From positions 1 through 57,937 of the forward strand of contig JAKFWZ010000053.1 of NCBI GenBank assembly GCA_021731695.1: a stretch of 57,937 bases of DNA, in the 5' to 3' direction. The notes beneath the pieces were generated by a model that had not been told where the DNA came from, searched no databases, and saw only the letters and a program-made list of their open reading frames with translations. Made by a program: the position numbers and the translations under genes. This document shows, in pieces, positions 1 through 9,359 of this stretch (the stretch's first letter is position 1; each line of letters opens with the position of its first letter). Origin of the DNA: Candidatus Daviesbacteria bacterium. GTDB lineage: Bacteria > Patescibacteriota > Microgenomatia > Daviesbacterales > UBA10151.

Positions 1-204
1 ACTGCCAGACTTCATCAAAACCGACTCAATACGCCCAATTGCTGCGCAATTGCAAAGGTCGGGGTTTTCTATACGTATGTGATCTGCAAAACATCTCTTC
101 TAGTGCTCAATGTCAGACCTATCAAAGCTAGCTTTAAAAGTTGATGGTTATTAGTTTTAAGTAAGTTGTACAATAAAATTGTGGGGTTTTGTACAAAAAA
201 ATCA

Positions 205-1464
205 ATGAGAGGTTTTACATTAGTTGAGCTATTAGTAGTTATAGTGATACTTGCTGTTTTGGGGGTTGCCGGTGCAAGCCTTTTTACTAATGTGGTTCAA
301 AGGGCAGATGACTCTAAAAGAAAAGCAGACATAGATGCAATAGCCAGAGCGTATGAGCTTAAATATAATCCGGTATCAGGCACTTATGCTCCGCTTGCGG
401 CTGGGGATTTTATTGATGGGGCAATTCCGAAATTACCTAGCGGAGGATTTGATTATCCTGTTTATGTTAATACTAACAATTACGGTTTTAGAGCCTGTAT
501 CGGGGCAACAGGCGGTACCTGCAGCGCACCTGCATCTAATTGTTATTGCAAGCAATCAAATCAGGGGAGCTTTGATCCTAACCCTGCGAACCATACCCTA
601 AGGGTTTCTACCGTGCCCCCTCCTGAAGGTTCCTCTCCTTCCTCAACCCCAACTCCTACCCCAACCCCAACACCAACACCAACTCCAACTCCAACTCCAA
701 CTCCAACTCCTACGCCTACACCAACCCCAACCCCAACTCCTACCCCAACACCAACACCGGCACCCACTCCGTCTCCAACCCCTCCTTCATATCTGGCCGG
801 TGTGGTAGGTTACTGGAAGATGAACGAAACGTCATGGACTAACGATTGCACCAGTCTACCAGTTATTGACTCGTCGATATTTTCGAATACTGGAAAATCC
901 TGTCCCGCTTCTACGGGGCCTCTGGGGGGAGCTGCGGGTCGGGCAGGGTTTGGTAATGCCGGAAGTTTTGACGGTATTGATGATTATATTGATCTTGGTA
1001 ATAGCGCAACCCTAAATCCAACTAATGAACTAACTGTGTCTGCCTGGATCAATACAACTACTACTAGTCAATCCCAATATATAGTTGCCAAGGATAATGC
1101 GCCTGGACCAGGAGGTATGCAGTATATGCTTAGAGTACAGGGAACAAATATCAGAATGGGGGTAAAGCTAAATGGGGTAGATGCTTTTATGACTACCCCA
1201 GCAGGAACTATTGCAATCAATACCTGGTATCATGTGGTCGGGATATATAACGGATCCCAAATTCAGGTTTATATTAACGGAAATCCGTCAGGAACAGCCG
1301 TTTCAGCTTCAGGAACAATGACAGATAATGGTACCAATGTAAGAATTGGCAGAAGACAGGATGCGACACTTCCATTTAAGGGTCTAATTGATAATGTCAG
1401 AATCTTTAACAGGGCCTTGACTCCAACTGAAGTGAATCAGCTTTATCTAGGTGAACCAAATTAA
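205..1464 (+). CDS. Type IV pilin-like protein (prepilin N-methylation motif) with Pro-Thr linker and C-terminal LamG/concanavalin-like domain
   Basis: [19 protein letters not shown] class III signal (ATG at 205 more likely than 166); long (PT)n tract; 'GYWKMNE...FDGIDDYI...TVSAWI...WYHVVGIY...[15 protein letters not shown]' LamG signature. Confidence 0.85.
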   Translation: MRGFTLVELLVVIVILAVLGVAGASLFTNVVQRADDSKRKADIDAIARAYELKYNPVSGTYAPLAAGDFIDGAIPKLPSGGFDYPVYVNTNNYGFRACIGATGGTCSAPASNCYCKQSNQGSFDPNPANHTLRVSTVPPPEGSSPSSTPTPTPTPTPTPTPTPTPTPTPTPTPTPTPTPTPTPTPAPTPSPTPPSYLAGVVGYWKMNETSWTNDCTSLPVIDSSIFSNTGKSCPASTGPLGGAAGRAGFGNAGSFDGIDDYIDLGNSATLNPTNELTVSAWINTTTTSQSQYIVAKDNAPGPGGMQYMLRVQGTNIRMGVKLNGVDAFMTTPAGTIAINTWYHVVGIYNGSQIQVYINGNPSGTAVSASGTMTDNGTNVRIGRRQDATLPFKGLIDNVRIFNRALTPTEVNQLYLGEPN

Positions 1465-1529
1465 AAGCTTGCAATACCTCACCTCGAAACGTTTCAGAAT
1501 CTTTTACAAAGGTGTATCAATCAATATCA

Positions 1530-1560
1530 GAGATTGCTTCGCTACGCTCGCAATGACGAA
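1530..1560. repeat. Short REP/RPE-like element (GAGATTGCTTCGC...CTCGCAATGACGAA)
   Basis: Same ends recur at 10044-10100 inside a CDS. Confidence 0.6.
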
Positions 1561-1631
1561 TTTGTGTCAAGAAGACTGAATTATTGTCTCGCCTTAACGC
1601 ATTTGACAACTATCCTATCTAACAGAAGGTC

Positions 1632-1660
1632 TTGACAATAGACCTATAATAATGTACAAT
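1632..1660 (+). promoter_or_regulatory. Sigma70-type promoter
   Basis: TTGACA-17 bp-TACAAT, 8 nt before ATG 1669. Confidence 0.65.
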
Positions 1661-1668
1661 ACGCATTC

Positions 1669-2565
1669 ATGTTTAATAAATCGATGTCCTATATTAATGA
1701 CACAAACACAGCTGCTAAACCAGTTGTTCTTTACAAAACACCTACAGAAAACACCAGAGCTCAAAGATTTGTAGCTGCTGCATTACTTGTTGTTGCAATT
1801 GGAACTTTAACTTTACAGGCTAATTGGGTTTACAATGCAAACGCAGAAGGCGCACCAGTAACATCACCTGTAACTAGCGAAGAAAGCCCTTCACCTTCAG
1901 CAACTGCTTCACCATCAGCAAGTCCATCAGTAAGTCCAAGCCCTTCAGATAGTCCCGTAACAGCACCTGAAGTTAGCCCGTCACCTACAAATCAACCTTC
2001 AAACGGTGGATCTAATGGAGGAAATGGTGGAAACAATAATAACTCAAATAGTAGCGGTCAGGTTAATGCACCAAGTTGTTCGAATGAAGCTCCTAAATCT
2101 GCACCTGTAATAATTTCAGCGGTTTCAACTGGTAAAAACGAAATAACTCTAAATTGGTCTAAAGCTGAAGGAAATGTTTCTGAATATGTAATTGCTTACG
2201 GACTGGTTAAAGGAAAGCCTTTATACGGAGCTCAATTCGGAAACATCAATACAACTTCAATTAAAGGTTTATCCGGAGGATCAACTTATTTCTTTAGAGT
2301 CAGAGCCGGAAACGGATGTATGCCAGGAGCGTATTCTCAGGAAATTGCTGTTAAAGTTGGCGGAAAATTCATTAATTCACCTGCTCAGGGTTTTAAACCA
2401 GGAGTTTTAGGAGCATCTAAAAATATAAAACCTGCAAATTCTGCAACACCAGCACCAAGTGCAAGCTCATTTGTTTCTATTAAAGTTGAACAGCCTCAAA
2501 CTGTTAACCATAACTCAGGTCTTTTTGGAAAAATAGCTAATTTCTTCAACGGATTCTTCCATTAA
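1669..2565 (+). CDS. Exported Ser/Pro-rich protein with fibronectin type III domain
   Basis: N-terminal hydrophobic segment, SPS repeats, 'ITLNWS...YVIAYG...IKGLSGGSTYFFRVRAGNGC' FN3 pattern. Confidence 0.75.
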   Translation: MFNKSMSYINDTNTAAKPVVLYKTPTENTRAQRFVAAALLVVAIGTLTLQANWVYNANAEGAPVTSPVTSEESPSPSATASPSASPSVSPSPSDSPVTAPEVSPSPTNQPSNGGSNGGNGGNNNNSNSSGQVNAPSCSNEAPKSAPVIISAVSTGKNEITLNWSKAEGNVSEYVIAYGLVKGKPLYGAQFGNINTTSIKGLSGGSTYFFRVRAGNGCMPGAYSQEIAVKVGGKFINSPAQGFKPGVLGASKNIKPANSATPAPSASSFVSIKVEQPQTVNHNSGLFGKIANFFNGFFH

Positions 2566-2571
2566 AACGTA

Positions 2572-2648
2572 AGTCGAAGGGGTCGAAAGATCGAAGGTAT
2601 CGAAGGTCAGACTTCCGACTCATACGACTCCTCAGTAACTTTCGACCC
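2572..2648. repeat. Inverted array of 9-bp TCGA-core repeats (intergenic hairpin)
   Basis: gtcgaaggg/gtcgaaaga/tcgaaggta arm facing tccgactca/tacgactcc/ttcgaccca arm; same family at 7566, 9645, 47931/48333, 53529. Confidence 0.7.
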
Positions 2649-2673
2649 ATTTGTTTATTTGCTAAACTAAATT

Positions 2674-3798
2674 GTGGCAGTATTTTTAATTTACCTGATT
2701 ATTTTCTTTGTTCCACTTTTGGTTTTGCCTGAAGTAAGCCTGAGATTTGAACCCCCCAAAGTATTACTCACGGAGTTTTTGATTGATGTTTTAATTGTTT
2801 ACTGTATCTTTAGCGGAAAATTTAGTGTAAAAAGAATCAATAAATTGTTTTTGAGCCTCATAGGTGGGCTTTTTTTATTGAGTTTAGGACATCTGTTGCT
2901 GGATCCGGACAAGCAAAATCTCTTTGGAAACATATTCAGGCTTCAGGGAACGATACTATTCTGGCATTTATTGGCTTTATCAATTATTGCTCAAAACATC
3001 TGGTTTAGCTTTAAGCATAAATATATTTATCTTGTAAGTTTTATTGCTATTTGCATTTTAGCGTTTATTTCCGGAACTAATAGTGCCGGAAGATTAATTG
3101 GATCTCTTGGTGAACCGAATTCTTTAGGTGCAGTAACCATTTTGATAGTGCCTTTTGTAATTTTGAGCTTCAAATCATTATGGATGAGATTGCCAACAAT
3201 CCTAATAGCTCTTGGTGTAATTAATTTTACTGAATCAAAATCCGCTTTAATTGCTCTTTTTCTGGAGCTTATTTTTATGCTCCTTATTAAAATTACGAGA
3301 GGGAAATATCTTCTAAGTTTTGGGATTTGTTTTGCGCTGATGATCTTATCTTTGGGTTTCCCGATCGCTGAAAGAAATTATTTTTTAAGTACAAACACCA
3401 ATCCTTTAAATTTCAGATTTGAAGACCGTGCTCAGATTTGGAATGCAGCCTTAGTTGCGGGATCTGAAAATCCTGTGTTGGGTTCGGGCATAGAGTCAGT
3501 TCAGGACCGGATTCATCAGACAGCGATGAAGCTTAATTTTGACGCTCAATACCAAGCTATTGACTCAAGTCATAACATCTTTTTGGACTACTGGGTTTGG
3601 GGTGGAATGATAGCTATATTTTTAATTTTTAGCCTCATTATTCTGGCTGTCACTAATATGTCAAAAGAGAAAATGTTAGTTGAATTGAGTGTCTTATTAG
3701 GCCTTCTGACAGTGCTATCTTTTAATCCTCTGACAGTTACAATCTTAGCGGCATTCTGGTTCGTACTAGGCAGGAGTTTTGTTAAAACAGAGGATTAA
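2674..3798 (+). CDS. O-antigen ligase / O-oligosaccharyltransferase-like membrane protein
   Basis: Polytopic; 'GSLGEPNSLG', 'TESKSALIA', 'R..IW..A...PVLGSG', 'SSHNIFLD' Wzy_C-type motifs. Confidence 0.8.
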   Translation: MAVFLIYLIIFFVPLLVLPEVSLRFEPPKVLLTEFLIDVLIVYCIFSGKFSVKRINKLFLSLIGGLFLLSLGHLLLDPDKQNLFGNIFRLQGTILFWHLLALSIIAQNIWFSFKHKYIYLVSFIAICILAFISGTNSAGRLIGSLGEPNSLGAVTILIVPFVILSFKSLWMRLPTILIALGVINFTESKSALIALFLELIFMLLIKITRGKYLLSFGICFALMILSLGFPIAERNYFLSTNTNPLNFRFEDRAQIWNAALVAGSENPVLGSGIESVQDRIHQTAMKLNFDAQYQAIDSSHNIFLDYWVWGGMIAIFLIFSLIILAVTNMSKEKMLVELSVLLGLLTVLSFNPLTVTILAAFWFVLGRSFVKTED

Positions 3799-4788
3799 TT
3801 AGGCGGCTTGCGGTGATTTAAATTTTTTGTTAAGACTAAAAGCGAAGAACCCAATCATCATAAGAGCCAGTCCCACTAAAACTAAAGAAAGAGGCCAGCC
3901 CAAGCTGTCTGTAAAATATTCGCCTGTAATCTTTAGAATATAGATCATTAAAAAGAGTGTTCCCCAAAGCATAAAGCTCCTGCTATTAAAGTAAAAAGTT
4001 GCAAAGATCGAAGCTAAAGCAAGCCCTGGGAAGAGGAGTTCCCATAAAACGTTTTGAGTTGGTGACCATCCTCCAAGAGCCAATGTAGAAGCTAAAACTC
4101 CAAAAACACCGATTCCATATAGTGATCCGCTTAACCCTTTTTTGTCAGTGCCGGCAAATGAATAGCCGAGCAGTATATATGAAGCTCCCAAAATTAACAC
4201 ACGGTATTCGTTAAAACTTAAATCGTTTAAAAGCGGACTGGATCCGATAATAAAGTTAATAAATGTAAAATACAAAGTGCTTCCAAAAATAATAGCAAAA
4301 ATTACAAAAATTAATTTCTTTAATAGAAGAAATGAAGCTAAATAGAGGAAGAAGAGAGTGCCGAAAATTATACTCATATAGCCTGATGTATTAGGTTCAA
4401 TGCCCGCTGCATCAAAGGCTATAAACATTCCTAAGGGTAAAACTAAAGCTGCTATAAGATGGAATGCATATCCGACAGGGTCTGTATCTTTATTTAATCC
4501 AAGCAAAATTCCGACAATATAAGCTATTATTCCTGAACCTAAAGTTACTAAAATTCTTGTAAAAGTATTTAACGTCTCCCAGTTTTGGAAAATTAAAACA
4601 GAAATTCCTATAAATACGATTAATCCACCGATAAAATAGAGGGATTCAGCAACTCCGATTTTTCGGTTTAGTACATCATGAGGCTTATTTTCCTGGCCTT
4701 CATCATATGCCTTAAGAAGCTCCTCTTTAGTAATCTGATTCTGTGAGACAAGAGCTCTTATATTGTTTAAGGTTTGAGTCTTATCCAT
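3799..4788 (-). CDS. Polytopic membrane protein (DUF2157-like)
   Basis: 'LYFIGGLIVFIGISVLIFQNW' followed by ~10 TM segments. Confidence 0.65.
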   Translation of the reverse strand: MDKTQTLNNIRALVSQNQITKEELLKAYDEGQENKPHDVLNRKIGVAESLYFIGGLIVFIGISVLIFQNWETLNTFTRILVTLGSGIIAYIVGILLGLNKDTDPVGYAFHLIAALVLPLGMFIAFDAAGIEPNTSGYMSIIFGTLFFLYLASFLLLKKLIFVIFAIIFGSTLYFTFINFIIGSSPLLNDLSFNEYRVLILGASYILLGYSFAGTDKKGLSGSLYGIGVFGVLASTLALGGWSPTQNVLWELLFPGLALASIFATFYFNSRSFMLWGTLFLMIYILKITGEYFTDSLGWPLSLVLVGLALMMIGFFAFSLNKKFKSPQAA

Positions 4789-4789
4789 G

Positions 4790-5293
4790 TTATTGAACCC
4801 ATCCTAAAAATTTATAGTCATAATAGTTGCCGGCTGTATTTATATTAAGCCTTTTACTAAAGCTGTCTTTTTTCAAATAATGGCTATATCGTGAACTGCC
4901 CGAATAAGAGAAGGGAAATAATCCATACGAACCTGAGCCCTGTACAATTTCAAAGCCCTCCTGAGAGATAGGATTAGGATCGAAATTTAAACCCTGAGCT
5001 TCTTCGAAACTTATTTGTCGGCTTTTATTTTCTTTGACGTCATGAATAAAAAGCGTCTGGCTGTCCGTTGGCTTGTAGTAACTGTTGGAGCCGTATGGGT
5101 AAGGACGTTTTTCCAATTTGCCATTTTGAATCACATATTCGTAAGGGGCAGAATAGCTATTAGTTGAATAAATAAAGTTTTGATCGGGATGAATAAATAG
5201 AGTTGGGAGATAAATGCTGGCTGCTATAAATAAAATCATAGCGATTGGCAGCAGTATTGCGACAACCAGGGGTATGTTTATCCTTTTCGTCAT
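4790..5293 (-). CDS. Hypothetical membrane-anchored protein
   Basis: ORF with one N-terminal TM; abuts downstream gene; ATG at 5293 likely. Confidence 0.6.
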   Translation of the reverse strand: MTKRINIPLVVAILLPIAMILFIAASIYLPTLFIHPDQNFIYSTNSYSAPYEYVIQNGKLEKRPYPYGSNSYYKPTDSQTLFIHDVKENKSRQISFEEAQGLNFDPNPISQEGFEIVQGSGSYGLFPFSYSGSSRYSHYLKKDSFSKRLNINTAGNYYDYKFLGWVQ

Positions 5294-5440
5294 CTGATGA
5301 GCTTTATATAATTGTAGCAAACCAGATATTTACTTGATACAGGTATTTTTGTAAATAGGAAGTTTAGTCACTTATCATTGCTCTTTACTGCTCTATTTGT
5401 TAATATTAGCCCATCTTAATGGAAAGTCAGGTATTAACAA

Positions 5441-6508
5441 GTGGCGCAAATGAGCATGGCCGATTTATTGGCCAAAACAGAAACAACAAATCTTAAACTT
5501 GAACGAAATCAGGAAATACAAGGCGTAGTTGTTTTTGTGGGCGATAAAGACGTTATTCTAGATTTAGGTTCAAAAGCAGAAGGCGTATTATCTGCAAAAG
5601 ACTTCACAGACGAAAAATTGGCTTCGCTTAAGGAAGGCGATAGAGTTTCAGCCTTCGTAATTCGTACAGAAAATGAATCAGGACAGGTGGTTTTAGGCTT
5701 AAATAAACCAGTTCCGGTAGGAAAATCCGGAGGACATACTAGAAATTGGGACAAATTTATAACAGCAAAAAACAAAGCCCAGGTCTTAAGAGGCAAGGCA
5801 ACTGAGCTTAATAAAGGCGGTTTGATCGTTGAAGTTGATGGAGTTAGAGGATTTATTCCTTCTTCTCAGGTTACTCTTTCACAGGCTGCAAAGATCGATG
5901 ACTTGGTAGGTCAGGAACTTCAGGTTACTGTAATAGAAATCGATCCTGGTCAGAATAGGCTGATCTTTTCTCAAAAAACAGTTGTTTCAGAAGAAACCAA
6001 AGCGAAGCTTGGAAAACTCAAGCATGGCGATAAAGTCAAAGGCAAGGCTGCAGCGATTTTGCCTTTTGGAGTCTTTGTGAATCTGGAGGATAGCTTAGAA
6101 GGATTGGTTCATGTCTCAGAGATTTCATGGGAAAAGGTTGAGGATCCGGCTTTAGTTGTAAAAATTGGTGAGGAAATTGAAGCTGTTGTGACAAATGTTG
6201 ACTTGGCTACAGGTAGAGTTAATTTATCCATTAAGCAGCTTTCGGATGACCCCTTCGCTAAAATCGCCGAAAAATTCCAGCCCGAGGATGTTATTTCAGG
6301 AACTGTAACTAAAGTATCATCTGCAGGCGTTTCTTTAGAACTTGAGAGCGGAGTAGAGGGATTAATTGCTTCAGGGAAAATTGAGGCCGGAACTGATTAT
6401 CCAATAGGTAAAAAAGTCACATGTCTGGTTGATTCGGTAGACGTGCCTAAAAGAAGAGTGAATCTTGTGCCTTTCGTTACCTCGACAAAAGATTTGATAT
6501 ACAAATAG
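5441..6508 (+). CDS. rpsA: 30S ribosomal protein S1 (short, four S1 domains)
   Basis: 'MSMADLL' N-terminus; S1 repeats 'GGLIVEVDGVRGFIPSSQ', 'FGVFVNL..LEGLVHVSEISW', 'RVNLSIKQL'. Confidence 0.9.
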   Translation: MAQMSMADLLAKTETTNLKLERNQEIQGVVVFVGDKDVILDLGSKAEGVLSAKDFTDEKLASLKEGDRVSAFVIRTENESGQVVLGLNKPVPVGKSGGHTRNWDKFITAKNKAQVLRGKATELNKGGLIVEVDGVRGFIPSSQVTLSQAAKIDDLVGQELQVTVIEIDPGQNRLIFSQKTVVSEETKAKLGKLKHGDKVKGKAAAILPFGVFVNLEDSLEGLVHVSEISWEKVEDPALVVKIGEEIEAVVTNVDLATGRVNLSIKQLSDDPFAKIAEKFQPEDVISGTVTKVSSAGVSLELESGVEGLIASGKIEAGTDYPIGKKVTCLVDSVDVPKRRVNLVPFVTSTKDLIYK

Positions 6509-7091
6509 CCTTCAGCTGCGGCTCTCTCTTCGCTCCTAAATCCAACTCTGTAAATTGTCTTGCGAAAGCTTCGCGTATAACTATCAAGATCGTTGTCTTG
6601 GGGTGGCAACCCTGTTCCTAGCCCTTATCCGTTGCGGGGAGAATAACTTTTTAACCAATAAAAAACTATCTGAAATGAAATAAATCAGGTTAAACTTAAT
6701 TACCCTGCTTTTGGAGAGAATCGAGAGATCAAAAAATCTATTCGCAATAAAGCGAAGCTTGTGACTTTGGTCTAGAAGCGGGGACAGGTAACTATTTATC
6801 AGCCGGCAGCTTTGCCATGAGGCTGAGAAGAGCCATGTTACGAATCAGGCAGCTTCATTAAATTGTGCGTGTTTAGATTTAAGTTTCGGGCATGTTAAAC
6901 CTCCTTGGCACTGATATGAGGGGAAAATCCGCAAAACTTCTGATCCAATGAAGATCTTTTAGAGTCCGTCTACCTGGATATCGGGAGCTATGGTCCAGTC
7001 GCCATAGGCGTAGACCAGAACCCTCGAGCAAAGCTCGTTGTGGTTCATCCTGCATTAATTTAAGGCTAAATCTTTTAAAAAGGGTTGTCAA

Positions 7092-7185
7092 CCCCGTTCG
7101 AAGTATGTTGATTTAACAGAATCTGAAATACGCTTTGATTACCTTTATCAATACTTTTAAAATCATGATTATACTTCTAACGGGG
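7092..7185. mobile_element. 94-bp MITE with CCCCGTTAGAAG-type terminal inverted repeats
   Basis: ccccgttcgaagtat ... atacttctaacgggg (14/15 IR) flanked by TCAA direct repeats (7088-7091, 7186-7189). Confidence 0.75.
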
Positions 7186-7197
7186 TCAATGCTCTTG

Positions 7198-7226
7198 TTG
7201 ACTGGGCTATTGATCAAAGGTACTAT
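7198..7226 (+). promoter_or_regulatory. radA promoter, probably leaderless
   Basis: TTGACT-17 bp-TACTAT, 6 nt before ATG 7233. Confidence 0.55.
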
Positions 7227-7232
7227 TGCCTC

Positions 7233-8603
7233 ATGCCGAAGCCTAAATCAGCCTTTATTTGCCAACAATGCGGCTACAGATCACCAAGTTTATTAGGAAA
7301 ATGTCCTGAATGTGGTAACTGGGGGACTCTTATTGAAGAGATTGAAAATAGTTCTGATTTTCCTAACAAACGAGGTATATCTAAACCAAAGATCGTCAAG
7401 CTCTCTGATATAGAAACGAACAGTTATGAGAGAATTAGTACTAAAATCGATGAGTTCGATAGAGTTTTAGGCGGTGGAGTAGTTTTGGGATCAGTGGTTT
7501 TGCTCGCCGGAGATCCTGGAATCGGGAAGAGTACGTTATTGAGTCATTTGGCGATTAATATAAACGAGTCGAAAGGGTTGAAAGAGACGAAGGATTCGAA
7601 GGTAAAAACATCCGACACATTCGACTCCTTGGCTGCCTCCGACTCCTCTGTTCTTTATGTTGCAGGTGAAGAATCGCCCCAGCAAATAAGGCTCCGGATC
7701 AGGAGGATGAATTCTAACGCTAATTTATCTTTTATCTCGGAAACAGATATTGACTCGATCATTATGGGAATTGAATCTGAAAAGCCAAAGCTGGTCATCG
7801 TGGACTCAATTCAAACTCTTGAAACATCCGATTTAACTGCTGCTGCAGGATCGGTTTCCCAGGTCCGCGAGTGTAGTCATAGACTGCAAAAAGTGGCAAA
7901 AAGACTGCATATTCCGATCTTTATAGTGGGGCACGTTACAAAGGAAGGGACAATTGCGGGGCCAAAAACACTTGAGCATTTGGTGGACGTGGTTTTATCA
8001 CTTGAAGGTGAATCAGGCAGCAACTTTAGGATCCTGCGCGCGAATAAGAATCGATTTGGTCCTGTTGATGAGGTGGGAATTTTTGAAATGGATGAATCAG
8101 GACTGAAAGAAATTAAGAATCCTTCAGAGGTGTTTTTGGAAGAACGGGTTGATGCTCCAGGCTCTACGATTACAGTTCTGTTGACTGGCCTGAGACCTCT
8201 CTTAGTAGAAATCCAGGCTCTGGTGACCAAAACAAACTCACCAATTCCAAGAAGAGTGGCAACCGGATTTGATAACAACAGGCTCCAGCTTCTGGTCGCT
8301 GTTTTGCAAAAGAGATTGAATCTTAAGCTTTGGGAGCAGGATGTGTTTGTAAATGTGGCTGGAGGCATAAAAATAACTGAACCTGCGGGAGATCTTGCAG
8401 TCTGCGCAGCTATAATCTCTTCTTATAAGGATAAAGCTTTAGCTAAGAAAGCTGTGTTTGTTGGGGAAGTTGGGCTGCTCGGGGAGGTTAGGTCTGTTAG
8501 AGGCATTGAAAAGAGAATTAAGGAAGCTAAGAAGTTGGGGTTTGAAAAAGTTTTTTCGTCACAAAATATAAAGAATTTGGCTGGGTTATTTAAGAAAAGC
8601 TAG
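7233..8603 (+). CDS. radA: DNA repair protein RadA/Sms with in-frame repeat insertion
   Basis: CxxC-CxxC zinc finger, Walker A GDPGIGKS, KNRFG motif, Lon-like C-terminus; extra ~27 aa after Walker A. Confidence 0.95.
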   Translation: MPKPKSAFICQQCGYRSPSLLGKCPECGNWGTLIEEIENSSDFPNKRGISKPKIVKLSDIETNSYERISTKIDEFDRVLGGGVVLGSVVLLAGDPGIGKSTLLSHLAININESKGLKETKDSKVKTSDTFDSLAASDSSVLYVAGEESPQQIRLRIRRMNSNANLSFISETDIDSIIMGIESEKPKLVIVDSIQTLETSDLTAAAGSVSQVRECSHRLQKVAKRLHIPIFIVGHVTKEGTIAGPKTLEHLVDVVLSLEGESGSNFRILRANKNRFGPVDEVGIFEMDESGLKEIKNPSEVFLEERVDAPGSTITVLLTGLRPLLVEIQALVTKTNSPIPRRVATGFDNNRLQLLVAVLQKRLNLKLWEQDVFVNVAGGIKITEPAGDLAVCAAIISSYKDKALAKKAVFVGEVGLLGEVRSVRGIEKRIKEAKKLGFEKVFSSQNIKNLAGLFKKS

Positions 8604-8739
8604 AGGGAAGGCAAGGGCTCCCTGTGATGCGGGTTTACAGGCGGGATTAGATTACGGGCTCATGATCCTGAAGACCGGATTGAATAGTTAATCTGAAATA
8701 ACTTGTTTTAAATATATAATTTGTATATACTCTGTGCAT

Positions 8740-9042
8740 ATGAATACCTCTGTTGTGAATGTCAAAGTAAATTCTGAAATCAAGAAAAAAGCCCAACAAG
8801 TTGCGGAAGAGCTTGGGTTTTCTCTTAGCGGATTAATTAACGGATACTTAAGACAGCTGATTAAAACGAAAACGGTTCATTTTAGCGTGAGCGAGGAACC
8901 GAGCGATTACTTTATAAAGTCTATGAAAGAAGCGAAAGAGGATATTAAAGCCGGTAGGATAATAAGTTTTGAGAACTGGGAGGAAGAAGAGAAGTATTTG
9001 AATCAGTTAATTGAGAATGACAAAAAACACAAATCGAGTTAG
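8740..9042 (+). CDS. RelB/DinJ-family antitoxin
   Basis: 'VVNVKVNSEIKKKAQQVAEELGFSLSGLINGYL' RHH pattern; overlaps toxin. Confidence 0.8.
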   Translation: MNTSVVNVKVNSEIKKKAQQVAEELGFSLSGLINGYLRQLIKTKTVHFSVSEEPSDYFIKSMKEAKEDIKAGRIISFENWEEEEKYLNQLIENDKKHKSS

Positions 9043-9304
9043 TTATTCAAAGAAATTTCAAAAGCAACTCGAAAAAGCGCCGGTTGAAATCAAAGAAGCT
9101 TTTTTGAAAAGACGAAAGATATTCCTGAAGGAGCCATTCCATACTATGCTTAATAACTACATGCTGATAGGTAACTATCTAGGTTCAAGGAGCATTAATA
9201 TTACAGGTGACTGGAGGGCAATTTATTCTGAATCAGCAGATAAAAACAGTGAAACAATGATTGTATTTGAATTTTTAGGAACCCACAGTGAACTCTATAA
9301 ATAG
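9017..9304 (+). CDS. RelE/YafQ-family toxin
   Basis: 'SKKFQKQL...RSINITGDWRAIY...GTHSELY'. Confidence 0.8.
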   Translation: MTKNTNRVSYSKKFQKQLEKAPVEIKEAFLKRRKIFLKEPFHTMLNNYMLIGNYLGSRSINITGDWRAIYSESADKNSETMIVFEFLGTHSELYK

Positions 9305-9359
9305 CTTAATTTGAAGCTAAACTTGCAAACTAAACAAATAGTTTTTACAATTGTTAGAT

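Noticed and set aside
561-767. (GV)n ORF and similar W/S-rich or L/Q-rich ORFs at 51334-51709 and 52927-53118
   Set aside because: Antisense or alternative-frame translations of PT repeats
6790-7130. RNase P RNA, tmRNA or SRP RNA
   Set aside because: Only a weak GAGGGGAAAATCC resemblance; matching conserved 3' motifs and tRNA-like ends were not found
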